A DNA stretch of 63,371 nt, the filler included, from Octopus bimaculoides (Eukaryota), in assembly GCF_001194135.2 (NCBI RefSeq). It is 5 parts of 5 records of this genome, joined end to end, with 100 filler letters (N's around TTAATTAATTAA, not from the genome) between each part and the next. Parts side by side here need not be neighbours in the genome. Positions count along the whole stretch, not along the records: positions 26,939 to 35,572 come from NC_068988.1; positions 35,673 to 52,785 come from NC_068989.1; 3 more parts are not named here. One strand, 5' to 3'. Shown piece by piece: positions 32,511 through 47,037 of the stretch. Every line of letters begins with the position of its first letter. Position 1 is the first letter of the stretch. The notes below the pieces were generated by a model, which did no database searches, was not told where the DNA came from, and saw only the letters and a list, made by a program, of their open reading frames with translations. The position numbers were made by a program, and so were the translations under genes.

Positions 32511-35500
32511 GTAAACAGAGTTACCGGTTGGAATAACTGTCTAAGGGATATGAATATTCGTTCTTACTACCGGTATCAATTATCTATGTTAGTCCTCGGT
32601 ATGGGTATGCAAGCACCATCACAACATAAAATAAAATAAAAATGAAATAAATATTATCAACCATGCGGCAATAACTTTCTAACAGTTAAAGGAAAACTAC
32701 TGTTAGGGGAGGTAGTTACTAGTCGATTTATCTTTGAAATATAATGATAAATTTAACATCTTAAATAGTCAGCATGTTTTCAAATGGTGGTTATACAAGT
32801 AACTCGTTCGTCTCGCAATGATTTTTTAATCAGATTTTCTATGTCTATAGAAGCTTTTTCTGCGCATGCTGTTGATAGCAGATACTTGCTGCCGATGATG
32901 TGCGAAGACAGAGAAATAATGATTTAATAATTAAACTACTGCTACTCAACAGTTTTCGTCTGCTACTGATGCAGTTTTGTGTTTTTGTGTCTATATGAGA
33001 ACATTGGTCAAGACGAATACATCGCTTTTGTGGCTTTCTATATGTATATTCGTGAATTTGAGCGTGAGTGAGTGTGTGTATGTGTGATTGCGTGTATGTA
33101 TGTGTACGTCTGTACTACAACATATATGTTCCTTTATTTCACTTATGTTAAAATCGTCATGTTAATATCTACTGCCAAGCATGGTACGAAACTTATGTAT
33201 ACCTTTTTTCTATTCTTCAGAGCTATTTATCTTAAAAGTATCCTCCTATCTTCTTCAGGCAGTTTCTCAGAAATAATGTATCAGTTAATATCTTGATTCA
33301 TTAAATTTTCAACCACTTTTTATATACGCTGATTAATATATGCAAGAATCGAGATATCTACCCCATTTTGATGCAAAGCATTTATAATACAATCCAATGA
33401 AAAATGAATAGGTTGAGGTCTGAATGACTCCTTAAAACATGTATATATTTTATGAACCGTTGAAATGTGCCCCAATAACGACGCATAATAACGTAAAGCT
33501 TAAGATATGCGTCTTTATGGTATTTACCTTTATGGTGACGTACTGGCAGAAACGTTCGTGCGCCAGAAAATGCTTACTGGCACATTTTCCGGCTTTTTGT
33601 TTTGAGATGAAATGTCAGATGTCGACTTTGCTGTTCATCTATTTAGGCCAATAACATGAGTGACCTTTGAGCACTGGGGTCAATGTATTTGTGTAACCAT
33701 CTACCCAAACCTGTCAGTACCAGTGCCTACCATAGAAAAGATTATGGGACTTAGCTTTTACCAATTAAATCCATTTCGTTACGTACACACCAGTATTTGA
33801 ACCAAAATTCAGTTTTCAAAAAACTCTTTTGGTTTTGCTTATCTCTGTTGCAAAAATCTTCGAAGCCTGTTTTTAACTTTAAAAATTCCTCCTTGAGAAC
33901 TTTGTAGTTTTCATTTAGAAATCGTGCAGAAATTTTAAAACTGACTTGAATGAAATGAATAAGAAATTAAGAGCCAATCAGAGAATCTCTCTATGGTTGC
34001 ACATCCGGCTTCAAATAGGAACGGTTTTCTTTATTTTTCTAACGTCTCACTTCAAGGATTTCACAAAATAAGGACCAAATTTGTTTCATATATTTCCAGA
34101 TACTCTAAATTATAACATTATAGGTTGTATTTGCATATCCTTGGTAATTTGAGAATATTGAATCCAATTTGGATTATCTCACGGAAATTGTGCTAATTTA
34201 TCGCACAAACTAATACACTGAAATAAATCTTATCCAAGTAATTTGAATGCGATTGCCATAAAATATTTGCGGGTAGTAACAGTATCATAAACACAAAATA
34301 ATCAAAGTTGATTTTTTTCTTTGTGATGATGATTCATATAGCTTTCGATGTTTCTATATCTGAATAGAAAAGGAAATGAGGATGGCTAAGTTTGCAATGA
34401 ACTTAAAGCCAGATCAGGACTGATTTCGAGCAAAACAATACAAGTTGAAAACGAATGCTTGACAAAACCTTAATTAAGGTGAATGACAAGTATATTTTCT
34501 TAAACAGAGAACATGGCTCCTAAAGGTAAAATAAATTTCTTAACGTTTATTTTTCTTTTTAACAGAGGAAACGTTTTGGTATTCAATGAGCAAACATTTA
34601 CTATTATCTTAGTAAATCATGTCACATCTATAACACTTTTCTCTTTCTGTTTTGGTGTTTTGCTATAGAAAAATATAATCGAAAACAAATGTTCTCACAC
34701 TTAAACTTGTATTTCAGAAACAGGCTATAACAACAACTATAAATTCAAAATGAATGACAACTAAAATAGTAATATTTTGTAGAATAGAGTAAAGATATAT
34801 GCATATCAGATATCTGTATTCACAGCATAGTCCATGGTAAAGAAACTAATTTGTAACGTAATTGTATTGAATTATGTTCTACACTCTCCAGCATCTAACT
34901 TAATCGGTAACACACAACCAAGACAATCTCCACCGCCTCACCTGCAACAATGATTGCTATCTCTACCAACGAGTGCTTAGCAACAATTCCACTGCCGATA
35001 CCACCACCATCACTCTACAATCACCATTACCAATACCTTTTTGTATTTGGACCTGCAGCAGCACAAACACAACATTCGCACTTTGCATCATTTCAAACAT
35101 CAACGCCACTACCACACCTGCAACTAGAACTAACATTTCTTTTACACTTACTTTCACTAAAACGAAAGAACACTTCTGCATTATATACATTACAGCAACA
35201 CCAATGCAAAACAAAGCAAAGAAGTATTCTGCCACATCTAGAGACAGAAACCACATACAACTTCAAGAATACTACACCTGACACTATCACATACAAATGT
35301 AAAGACAACCTCCCTCAACAAATAACTCAACTACAACAACTAGCATGATCCCCACCGAAAACAACACTACCAACAGTGCCACTACCACAGCCTGAGACTG
35401 CGGCTCAAGGATAGAATGTTAAGGGGATTCTAAAACAAATCGGAGGTATTTCCGCTCTGAATCACGAAACTAAAAGAACAACTGAAATAAACGTAAAAAT

Positions 35501-35514
35501 ACAAATAGATATAA

Positions 35515-35548
<34 letters not shown>

Positions 35549-36284
35549 AAAGACGATCAAAACAACACATACNNNNNNNNNNNNNNNNNNNNNNNNNNNN
35601 NNNNNNNNNNNNNNNNTTAATTAATTAANNNNNNNNNNNNNNNNNNNNNNNNNNNNNNNNNNNNNNNNNNNNATATATATATATATATATACATTCAAGA
35701 TCTTAGGCCAATTTTGTATGGCAACTGAAGGAAGATAAAATTATGTACAACATAACTTGGTCCATAGTAAGGCATGTGAAAGCATACATTATCATTTCCA
35801 GGAGATGCCAACTCTGCTGCAAGAAATCCCTGTCTTTTCTATGGACCTCTGAGAAAATCATTAATAGAATTTGTGAAAGACTCTCAAGATGCCTACATAC
35901 ATATAAATGACTTTTTGCATGATGCAGTGAGAATGAATTTGAGTAACTGTGAACATAATTTACTTTAAGGTATGGATGAATTACATATAGTTGTCACCTC
36001 CCCCTTCTTATAAACACCAAGTAGCTATTTGACTCACTTTGTGATCATGAGTGCACCAAACCACGTGTGCATGTACTTACATTTTCACGGATGCTTGCAT
36101 GAGGTGATGTTCGTGTTGCAGATCAAAAGGTTATTTGCGTCACAGAACTAGTTTCCTCCTACTTGTTTCATGACTTTACTATGCATGCATGTATGCACAT
36201 ACATATGTACATACATAAACAGACAGACAGGTAGGCAGACATACAGACAGACATATGTATGTACATACATACATTGTAAAGTCA

Positions 36285-36900
36285 TAGAATAAATAGAAGG
36301 AAACTAATCATGTTCCTTGAAGAAAATGATTTGCTGATGGACACCCAGCATAGATTTCAACCAAGAAGTCTGACACAGCTTTTGTATCACTATGATTGGG
36401 TCTTGAAACACTTTCTCAACCGCTCAAATGTGGATATGATATATCTTGAGTTTGCAAAAGCTTTTGATAAAGTTGGTCGTAGAATATCTAACAAACTGTG
36501 TGATCTCCACATAGCTGAAAAATAGGAGACTGGCTACATGACTTTCTAAAAGAGAGAAGTCAGGTAGTAGTAGCCAACAGAGCCACTTCTAAGAAAACAC
36601 AGTTAGTGAGTAGTGTTCCACAGGTCACTTGTCGTGGGAGCCACTACTTTCATAACAGCTCTCTCAGACATATTCTCAGCCATGCAGACAGCCACTCTCA
36701 CATCATACGCAGATGATACATAACCCTGGAGACACCATGCACCTATAACAAGAGTTAGATGCAATATACAAGTGAGCCGAGGACAATAACATGCAGTTTA
36801 ATGCTGAAAAATTCCAAGTCCTATGCTATTTGTAGACAAAGCATATTACAATACAGACAAAATACACAGGACCAGGAGGGACTGTAGTTCCAGAGTCACA
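36285..36900 (+). mobile_element. CR1-like LINE reverse-transcriptase fragment
   Basis: QHRF...LTQLL.HYD...VDMIYLEFAKAFDKV, SSVPQ, SYADDT, NAEKFQVL; frameshifted. Confidence 0.88.
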
Positions 36901-37314
36901 ATCAGGGGTTATTTCAACTGACTTTAGATTCCTTCAGAAACTTTTTTCTGTTTACTATTTATAAGTTGTGAAAAAAATTTCTTAGCTATCTTATGACATC
37001 GTTAACAGTTATTTTGTTTATACATTTGTTTTGTTTTTAACTTAATTTCTCAAAGTATCATGTATAGTATCCTATAAGTACAATAGTATCTACTTCTCAA
37101 TACACATCAAGCTATCATACTTTAAATCATCATTTTCATTTTCCTATTCATATTTTTCATCAAAGGAAGATTTAATTTATTTTAAACTTTCATTATATTT
37201 TTGAAAATCTGTTCATTTAAACCTAGCTCATATTGGGCATTCTTAATTCTACGTGTCTATGCCTGTGTGCATATACATACACACGCACATGTATATATAT
37301 ATATATATATATAC

Positions 37315-37836
37315 CCCACCTCTACCACCACCCTCAACCTAACCCACACCCCACCCTTGCTTTCCCCACTCTCGCCTCCCCTATCTCCCAACATCACACC
37401 ACACCACTACACCATACCACACAACACATTACACCATGCACACACTAGCACTGACCACATCCCAGCCCACATCCTCACACCTACACATACACACACATCA
37501 AGATCACCAGCCCTCTTCCACATACATACTCTCTTATACACACACGTGCACCTTCGTCTTGGGATCACCACAATTTTATTATCTCCCCTTCTTTCTAACA
37601 CTACTTTATTATCTCCCCTTCTTCCTAGCTCTCCTGTGTGACCCTTCTGTCTGGCATTCACCATGATAGATCACTAGCCACGACACATTCTTTATTTTGT
37701 CTCCTTGTTTCTGTCTGTGGAAGAGTGTAGGCTCGAAACGTTAAAGACTTTTTCACTTCCCAAGCGTTAAAGTAATACATCTGTTTGTTGTCTACACCAC
37801 CTGTTTTCATCTTTTGTGTTTTTGTGAATTCTCCCT
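37315..37836 (+). mobile_element. Pyrimidine/CA-rich repeat ending in a Penelope pLTR-like segment
   Basis: Contains gtctgtggaagagtgtaggctcgaaacgttaaagac (degenerate hammerhead layout) before (TA)n. Confidence 0.4.
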
Positions 37837-40800
37837 ATATATATATATATATATATATATATNNNNNNNNNNNNNNNNNNNNNNNNNNNNNNNNNNNNNN
37901 NNNNNNNNNNNNNNNNNNNNNNNNNNNNNNNNNNNNNNNNNNNNNNNNNNNNNNNNNNNNNNNNNNNNNNNNNNNNNNNNNNNNNNNNNNNNNNNNNNNN
38001 NNNNNNNNNNNNNNNNNNNNNNNNNNNNNNNNNNNNNNNNNNNNNNNNNNNNNNNNNNNNNNNNNNNNNNNNNNNNNNNNNNNNNNNNNNNNNNNNNNNN
38101 NNNNNNNNNNNNNNNNNNNNNNNNNNNNNNNNNNNNNNNNNNNNNNNNNNNNNNNNNNNNNNNNNNNNNNNNNNNNNNNNNNNNNNNNNNNNNNNNNNNN
38201 NNNNNNNNNNNNNNNNNNNNNNNNNNNNNNNNNNNNNNNNNNNNNNNNNNNNNNNNNNNNNNNNNNNNNNNNNNNNNNNNNNNNNNNNNNNNNNNNNNNN
38301 NNNNNNNNNNNNNNNNNNNNNNNNNNNNNNNNNNNNNNNNNNNNNNNNNNNNNNNNATATATATATATATATATATATAGCAAATATAAATATAAAGTGT
38401 TTCAAAACCCAATTTCAAAATTGTAACTACATGTGGATTTTCTTTCCTTCGCTGAGCATCTCATTAACACTTTGCATGTACTATGTCCTCGCGTTGTTGT
38501 TTTTTTTCTGGATGTCTTTATTCTCCATTTTTTTTTATTAATTATATACACACACATTTATATTCATGTACATATGCATTTATGTATCTATATATAGACA
38601 TAAACACACACACAAAAGTGTCTGCATATATATATATCATAAAACAAAATTCATGAGTCAGGCAATTATTTACAATCTAGTTCCATGATAATAAATGTAA
38701 CTAATCTTATCAGTGACCAGTATATTCATGTAAATAAATGTGAAAGAATTGTGTAATGCTTTTGATGACCTTATTTGGTTAAACAATCTCTTCTTTCTAC
38801 TGTGGCCATTGTAAATGTAGTGAGCCAATTGTCTGTTGGAATCCTGCAACCCAATGCTGATCCTATTATTCATCAAATATGATATAAAATTTATTTTTAA
38901 AAATGGAAATATAAAGAAATAGGCACAGGTGTGGCTGTGTGATAAAAAGTTAGCTTTTCAACCACATGGTTCCAGGTTCAGTCCCACTGCATGGCACCTC
39001 AGGCAAGTGCCTTCTACTATAGGCTATGACTGAAGCCTTGTGAGTGGACTTGGTAGTCAGAAACTGGAAGAAGCTCATGATATGTGTGTGCATTTGTCTC
39101 CCACCACTGCTTGACAACCAGTGATGGTTTGTTTACATGCCTGAAACTTAATGGTTTGGCAAAAGAGACCAAAAGAATGAGTACCAGACTTAAAAATAAG
39201 TACTTGTTCAACTAAATATTTTTCAAGGCAGTGCCCCAGCATGACCATAGTCTAATGACTGAAACAAGTAAAAGATAAAAAATCATTCAAACACAAAAAT
39301 AACTTCTTGGATTTGCGTGGTTTAGCAGTGTCTTAGTAAAGCTACGGCTAACTGGGTGGGCTCAATAAAATAGAAAGCAAAAGGAAGTTTTACAACTAAA
39401 TAAACAAATGGTTATGTTCAAAGATTCACCAATGAGTATTGGTGAACCAGCTACTAATCTAATTATAGTCTTAAGTTCCTGAGTATTCCATAGACACTTG
39501 TACTCTTCACATAATACTCTTATAGGATCAGCATAGACATAGCTGGCTCTTTGAATTACAGGTACAGTCCACTGAAGTAGCTACAAGAGAGTGTTCATCA
39601 ACCCAATTTCATTCACAATGCTTGGTTAAAAACAACACTATAGTAAAGGACACTTTGTCAAAGTGTTGTGCAATGGGATCGAACCCAAATTCTCATGATT
39701 AGAAAACAAACTCCTTAATCTGGCAAGAGACAGTAGATCTAATTTAAGTAATAACATCATTGGCAAGGACTCATTTCCAAGTATTTAGTACATTTCAGTA
39801 AGGGAAGTGGAGGGTGGCATTTATGCTATAGGGGATGATGGGGCTAATAAGCCCAATTCTTGCTCTAAACAGCCTATTGCAAAAATCTCATTGGTTGGGG
39901 TTGGGGTTGGGTTGTCTGTCTTTCCTATGTTGTCATTTCATTCCAATATTCATGGATACAATGGCAAACTGCATCCAGCAACAACGCTTCTGATCAGGTG
40001 ATTGGATGTTCTGAGGAGTGTGGGATCTTAATTACTGTTGTTTCTAGGTTCACCTGACCTGGAGTGATAGCACCTGTTAGGGTCCCAGCTATGGGCAGTG
40101 AACCCATCAGATGAATGTCACTTATCAACAGCCAACACCTACAATAGGCTTGGCTAGGAGAAGAGAAACTCTGACCTAAGCAATATATACAAGTAAAATT
40201 AAATGTCATATATGCAAAGTACAGGATATGGCTGAGTGGTTAAGAACAATATATTACTTTATAAGTATTTATAGGTATTTAGGGTTACCAATTCATCAAT
40301 TACGCACTTAAAGCATCTTGGGTAGTGTTCATAATAACAGGAATTAATTGGATAAAAACAACAGACTAACAGAAAAATATATAAACATAAAGGTGAGTCA
40401 AATAAAACTTTAAAACTGATTGTATAGTGAAAATTTGCAGGTATAAAAAATATGCAAAATAAAAAAAGAACTAATCAGAATTAAGATGTCACAAGTGATT
40501 AAAATTAAATTTAAATGGAAATAAGAATCAAAAAATTGAAATTGAAATTAAGGCAAATAAGTATCAGGAAAGATAAGTTAATATAAGACCAAATAAATAA
40601 ATTTTAAATAATCTTATTAAAAGGAAGTTGAATAGAAAGAAGATAAGAAAATAAGGCTAAAGAAAACAGGAAAATACAAGTAAATAAAAGCATGACTAGA
40701 GACTGTGATCAATATCTTAATCACGCAAGTGTAATAAAAAAAAATCAGTCAGAAACAATACAGGCTAGGGTCAGTTTCAAATAATATTTGGGTACAGCAA

Positions 40801-41388
40801 AAGTGTATAACTACATACATACAAACACACACATATATACACTATATGTAGACACCCATACACAAGTACATGCAAATACATACATACTAACATACACATT
40901 TATTTTCATACATGTTCATACAGAAAGTATTAATGAGATAAACCAAAAATAAAGCAAATTACTCAGATAAATAATTATAAAAATGTAATAAGTAAAGAAC
41001 AATTATGATTAATGCACAATTAACATATATCTTGAAAAATGAATAGAGGAGGGGAAACACACATAATCATCATCATCTTTTAATGTCCATTGTCCATGCT
41101 AGCTGGGTTGGACAGAGTGACCAGGGCTGATAAGCTGAGGGGCTGCACCAGGCTCCAGTCTAATTTGGCATGGTTTCTACAGCTGGACGCTCTTCGTAAT
41201 GCCAACCACTCCAAGAGTGTAATGGATGTAATATTCAATATATATAAAATAATATAGAACAAATTTGACAGCTAGAAATATAGGATTATGGAAAAGCAAA
41301 AGAAAAGGGTAAAAGAATACAACAAATACCAAATTATATTAAACTAATGAATTAAATAGATTGATAATAATTGGCAAAGCTTTATATA

Positions 41389-42278
41389 TGAAGTGGTATC
41401 AAAAAGTTCCTGGACTAGTTATGTTTAATAAAAAATAACTTATATACCTAAGTTTTATCACCATCTTCAAAATAGTCAATTTGTGCAACAATACACCAAT
41501 CCCAGTATTCCTGCCACTTTTGGAATCCAGCCTGATTCAAGGACCTTCTGTGATTTGCTGTTGATCTTGACAATGGTGTTGAAACAATGACCTTTGAGTT
41601 ATATTTTCATGGTGAAGAGATGGAAATTCACAGGTGCTAAATCTGGTGAAAAGGGCAGGTGCGGAAGTGATACCGTGTTGTTTTTGGCAAGAAACTCACA
41701 AGCGAGGAGAGCTCAGTGACCAAGTGCATTGTCATCATGAAGAATCCAATTCTCTGCATTCTACAGATCCAGTCGCTTTCATTGAATGTCCTCCCTCAAA
41801 CACTTCGAAATCTTATCAATTGCCCTCCAACTATCTTCATGCACAAACTGATGAATTTTCTCCAGACTTCCGAGGGTGACACTCATGGCAGGTCTTCTGG
41901 ATCGCTCATCATCTTCCAGAGATGTTCTTCTGCTTTTGAAGTGCATGTGCCACTTGAAACATTTTGTACAAGCAACTGCCTCATCATCATACGCTTGCCA
42001 AAGCATGTTCAATATCTCTGTAGCAGACTTCCTAAGTTTAATGTAAAATTTCACGTTGGCTCTTTGTTCCAACTTCCTATCCATGACAAAAATCTCAGAC
42101 TACAGCATACATATGATCATAAAAACACAAATTTCACAACTTGTGAAGTAAACACAGCAATGTCACTCAGCACACTGCTTCATGAAGGTCACTCCTAGCC
42201 CTCACTGCACATGCAACCATGTGATGCCATCTGTTGGCACACTACAGAACTAGTCTGAAACTTTTTGATACCACCTCT
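41389..42278 (-). mobile_element. Internally deleted mariner element with both TIRs
   Basis: TIRs tgaagtggtatcaaaaagttcctggactagt / actagtctgaaactttttgataccacctct, TA-flanked; minus ORF MDRKLEQRANVKFYIKLRKSATE...KWHMHFKSRRTSLEDDERSRRP (mariner HTH). Confidence 0.88.
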
Positions 42279-42289
42279 TAAGCTGTAAA

Positions 42290-43830
42290 CCTAGCCATTT
42301 GGTGTCAATGTTCTAGAAATATAGAATTTCAAATAATGTCTACAAATACTCAAAAGCTCAGATTTTTAGTTCAATGCGGATTTATCTTGAAAGTACTTTT
42401 CACTCAAGCACAACAGACATCACATAGAATTTCAGAACATGATCCATGCCTGTATAGGCTAATGGTCTCCAATACAGACCATGGTATCTTGAAGGGGAAC
42501 AAACCAATAACTTGTTGATGACCTGTACTCTGGGTATTTGAAAGAATTGTGCAAATAAAGTTTCGTTTAGAAGCTGTTTTCTGTAGTTCTAGTGTAAGCT
42601 TTGTATATACAGGTATTATCAATCTCTACCTTAGCCTTATATACAATTCCCTTTAATCAGGAAATTCCCATTTAAAGGGCAGTATCTGGGGCCTTTGTAA
42701 TTACATTTAGGTCTTCTATCATATGCATTAGGATTGTTGAGCTTGCTAACATTGTGCTAGCATCATGTTTGTTAATAAATGAGGTGACAATTTTTCAACA
42801 AAAATAGCTAACCTCCAGAGATCTGTTAAAAATCTGTGATATTTATGGTCTCTGAGAAAATGTTTAGATATTAAATTTTAAAATTCTCTAGCTACCTTAG
42901 ACCTAACACGCATGCTAAATGTTAGGCTAAACCACAAAACCTTTCTAGTTGTATTTCTACAAGTTCTCAGAGAATCCACTATTATTTAGTGCAGTGGTTC
43001 CCAACCTGGGGTCTGCAGACTGGGAGGGGGAGGGTCTGTGAACTAAATTCAAACCTTTATACATACATACATACATAAGGATAAGCATATTAAAAGAGGT
43101 CCATGGGAAAACTCATTTAAATAAAAGGGTTGGGAACCACTGTGAAAAGGTTGGGAACCACTGATTTAGTGCATCATTGTATTATGAGAATGCACTATTA
43201 AAATTTTCCTCATCCAATAACAAGGAGAAAACTTGCCTAACTATATTACTAGCCATGTTCTTAAAACTACAGGGCAAGTGGTTGGAAGCCTTATTGATAC
43301 AGAATAGCACTTCATCTGGCTTATGATAAAGCTTAAAGGTGTTAGAGTACAAATTTAAATTGATATCTAAGAAGTAAACATTGCTGTGGTTCATGTCGAC
43401 TAGAGGAATATAATAAGATTCTACCTAAGGTCATTAAACTCAAGTCTACTCATACTGCAGGTGACAATAAGGCCATTATTCCTGTATAAACCTACTGCTA
43501 AAAAATGGGGTAAAATATACATCTCTATAAGCATGCATAATTCTATTCCATTACACATGCCTATAAACACGCTGAATAAAGCATTGCTGTTTTTCTTGAC
43601 CCAGGCAGAATTGTTTAAAAGCAGTAATGATTTTCCAGCATGCAGCATGATGTCAGTATCCAAGTTTATTTGTGGATACATATTTTTTCACAAATTTTAG
43701 TGCTTTAATCAGTAGAGGCCTTATTATTGATTAGTAAAAGTCTACAATATCAAAATGAGTAAACTTCCAGTTATGTTTATCACTAATGCTCTTCAACCAG
43801 TCTGTAACAGATATGCTGTTATTCCATAAA
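42290..43830 (-). mobile_element. Decayed Penelope-like element (RT plus GIY-YIG C-terminus), interrupted by a hAT MITE
   Basis: WNNSISVTDWLKSI...FTHFDIVDFY, GLYRNNGL, YFLDINLNL...KPDEVLFCINKASNHLP, IPWSVLE, LN*KSELLSICRHYLKF. Confidence 0.85.
42992..43163. mobile_element. hAT-type MITE with 8-bp TSD ATTTAGTG and a duplicated right TIR
   Basis: cagtggttcccaacc ... ggttgggaaccactg (twice); TSD at 42984-42991 and 43164-43171. Confidence 0.92.
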
Positions 43831-44169
43831 AGATCTGTATCTTAGATTCCTGAGTAGAATGGAATCTAAAATATTTTTACTATGAGTGGTTGGCATTAGG
43901 AAGGGCATCCAGCTGTAGAAACTCTGCCAAATTAGATTGGAGCCTGGTGTTGCCATCCGGTTTCACCAGTCCTCAGTCAAATCATCCAACCCATGCTAGC
44001 ATGGAAAGCAGACGTTAAACGATGATGATGATGATCCCTATTTCAGCTGGGTTAATAAGTCTATATTTAGATTTACTCCTAAAATTAGTTTTGTGGTCAA
44101 GAGTAATAAAAGTCATACAAAATGGAAGGTGCTCTACTTAATCACTGACATTTAAGCTGGTCACGATTC

Positions 44170-44635
44170 TTTTTCTTTCTAAATTCACATCATTATGTAA
44201 AGCATGGTCTGCCTTTTTATGAGTATTTGTAATGCTGTTAGAGAGGATCCTGTATAGGTTTTTGTCTCAATTTAGAGAGAGAGAAATGAAAAGGTTGCGA
44301 GCCATACAAGCCATGTACGGAGGTGCTGTCAGTAAGGTGAGAGTTAACCAGTACAGCAATGAATTCAGTGCACAGGAAAGAGTTCCATCAAGAATCAATT
44401 TTCAGTCCCTTCCTATTCATCAGAATCCTCCAAGCCATAACAGATGAGTTTAAAACTGGCTACCCGTAGGAACTGCTATATGTTGGTAGATTTTTTCTTG
44501 TAGCTGAGTCTATAGTAGAATTAGAAAAGAAATTCCAAGAGTGGAAGCAAAAGCTGGAACCAAAAGACTTCAAAGTTAATGTAGCAGAGACCAAAATTCT
44601 ACTGACCAAGAAAACAGACAGGAAAAACAGAAAAG
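44170..44635 (+). mobile_element. RTE LINE RT fragment
   Basis: LRAIQAMYGGAVSKVRVN..SNEF and VAESIVELEKKFQEWKQKLE.K.FKVNVAETKIL. Confidence 0.75.
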
Positions 44636-45407
44636 ATGCACTATATCTACCTCTCCCCTCACACACTTGCAACTTACCACCATTTCTCTCTTCCTTCCTC
44701 TGTTTAATTATTATTATTTACAATTCTGCTATTCTTGACACCTTTTTGTACTATCAGTCATCACCTATTTCTTACTACCTTCCCCCAACTCATGTATCAT
44801 CAATCACCCCTAAACTCTTGACTACCATTCACTAAATCTCTATAATCATCAGCTACTCTTCCCTGCCTTCCCTCCAAAGTGTATTTGTCACTGACCACAA
44901 CTCAAGCCTTGTTCTTCATTCTTTATATTTTCCCCCTTACCCCTACCCCATCTCTAACCATCCTTCACTTTCTCCATACTCTTCCAACCTCTACCCACTC
45001 ACACTTCCTGTTCTTCCATCCCTACTTTTATTCACCTTTTTGTGTTTTGAGAGTTCACAATCCACTCTGACTTCTCATCACCACTATTTTATCTCTCTTT
45101 TCAGTTCCACCCTGATTACATCTACCCACTTTTCTATAGTATAAGGAGCCAACTAACTCCTCTGCAGCAAGAAACCTGTTCCATACTTTTGCCTCTCAAC
45201 ACCTAGCATAAAGCCACCTCTCCAATCAGTTAAAGGGGATCTTAGTCTTGCAAGCTATGTGGTTCCATGAAAAAAGTACTTAGTGCACTAGAAAGTGCTT
45301 GGTGCTAGAAACGACATCCAACTGCAGAAACCATGCCAGAGCAGATGTTGGAGCATAATGCAATCTCTGGACTCACTGGATCCTGTCAAACCTTCCAATA
45401 TATGCAG

Positions 45408-45454
<47 letters not shown>

Positions 45455-45520
45455 AGTGAGTGAACAAATGAAAGAAAGTGGCACTCAAGATATTTGGCAG
45501 GAGTTACACATATTATTTAA

Positions 45521-45739
45521 CCCTTTAGTATTTAAAGTGGCCATATCCAGCCAAAATATTCTACTGTTTTAGGCTCAAACTGGCCAGATGCAGTCTCTTA
45601 CACCTACCCTACAATGTCACTTTAAAACTAAACAATCACATCATCGAAATTTTAAAGTTACAAGATAATGCATGATAAATTTTAAACAATGTAAATAAAT
45701 AAGCATTACATTTGACAAAATAAACTGAATTCTAAAGGG
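45521..45739. mobile_element. piggyBac-type MITE with TTAA TSD
   Basis: ttaa-ccctttag ... ctaaaggg-ttaa. Confidence 0.88.
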
Positions 45740-46019
45740 TTAATAACAAATTTGATTTGGCTCCATGCAACTTAAAGTTCTATAGGCTTGTCAAACAAAC
45801 CTATCTCATCAGGCTTGAAGAAACCAAATGAGACAAGTCCAAGATGACTTCTGCATGTTGACCACTATTAGTCATTGCAGGTCACATGGCATTATTGATT
45901 TGGTAATGATATCAATACCAATCTGTATTCCTAGGACGACATGATGGGACAGGACACCCCAAGGCTGGAGTTTCTACTCTAAATATTCTACAGATTAAGT
46001 TATAAGAATCATACAAAAC

Positions 46020-46490
46020 TTTCCAAGTGGTCTTAAGACCCTCTGTTATAACCTAGAGGACTATAATAGTCATAAAAGGAGTGAGAATTGAGTACTTGTG
46101 GACCCCTCTTTGCAAGCTAAATTCATCATCAAATTCACTTAATTCTCACCTCATTGACTGCACCTTTGTAAATGGTTTGCACAGACATCACAAGCCATTC
46201 ACCTAAATTAAGTTCTCTTAGCAACTACTAGATTACAGACTGTGAAACTCCATCAAATACCTTTTCAATGTCAAGGAATATTAGATATAGTGACTTATTT
46301 CTTAATCAGTAACCCTGCAGTTTTCTCATAAGAAAAATGTCATCAGTGGCATCTTTCCTAGGACAAAGACATACTGCATCTTATAGAGGTTAATTTTCAA
46401 TAACTTTCATTACTTGGTGCATCAATTTCACTCCTCTGTACTTGTTGCTCCTCCCTAAAGCATCTCCTTTGCTCTTGTAGCAATAAAGAA
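46020..46490 (-). mobile_element. RTE LINE RT fragment
   Basis: ILYCYKSKGDALGRSNKYRGVKLMHQVMKV...IFLMRKLQ...LIFLDIEKVFD...GVHKYSILTP. Confidence 0.82.
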
Positions 46491-46532
46491 TACTGCAACA
46501 CAAGACACGAGACAGAAAACAATTTTGTTTTG

Positions 46533-46588
<56 letters not shown>

Positions 46589-47037
46589 TATATCATCATA
46601 CTTCAATGATGATAACAAAATTAATAAATGCTTTAATACACCTAGACCAGTCATTTATAACACTGAAACTTGAACAGTTGTAAACACAACAGCTGCAAAC
46701 CCCTAGAACTTATTGTAAAAGACACTACAAAAGTTACAGCTGGCAGAATAGATAAGATATTAAGCTACCAATTGCGACATTAACAATTCAAAACTTATCT
46801 CTGTTATTATACCTTGTTCATTTAGCTCTAAATCTGCGCTCCAGGATAGTGCCATTTCCAACTCTCGCAGACTCACTGTATAACTAATGAGATTTGATTG
46901 AGTTGAACTGATATTGTTTCAAGGGCTTTGAAAAGCAAGAATGACTGCTGCCAGTTGTTGCTTAGCCTGCATGTCAGTCTTGATTGAGCAACTTAATAAT
47001 CAATGACATTCCAGCCATGACCTCCTGCCTTATATTC

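Noticed and set aside
33960-34020. CCAAT box (agccaatcag) and nearby CpG-containing unique sequence as a promoter
   Set aside because: A single short motif with no associated exon or ORF.
34900-35400. Thr/Gln-rich ORFs on both strands
   Set aside because: Degenerate (CAA/CAC)-rich low-complexity DNA; overlapping frames open by composition, with no splice signals or motifs.
46397-46490. Apparent minus-strand host exon after a good acceptor (tgttgcag)
   Set aside because: Another frame is clearly RTE reverse transcriptase (YKSKGDALGRSNKYRGVKL).
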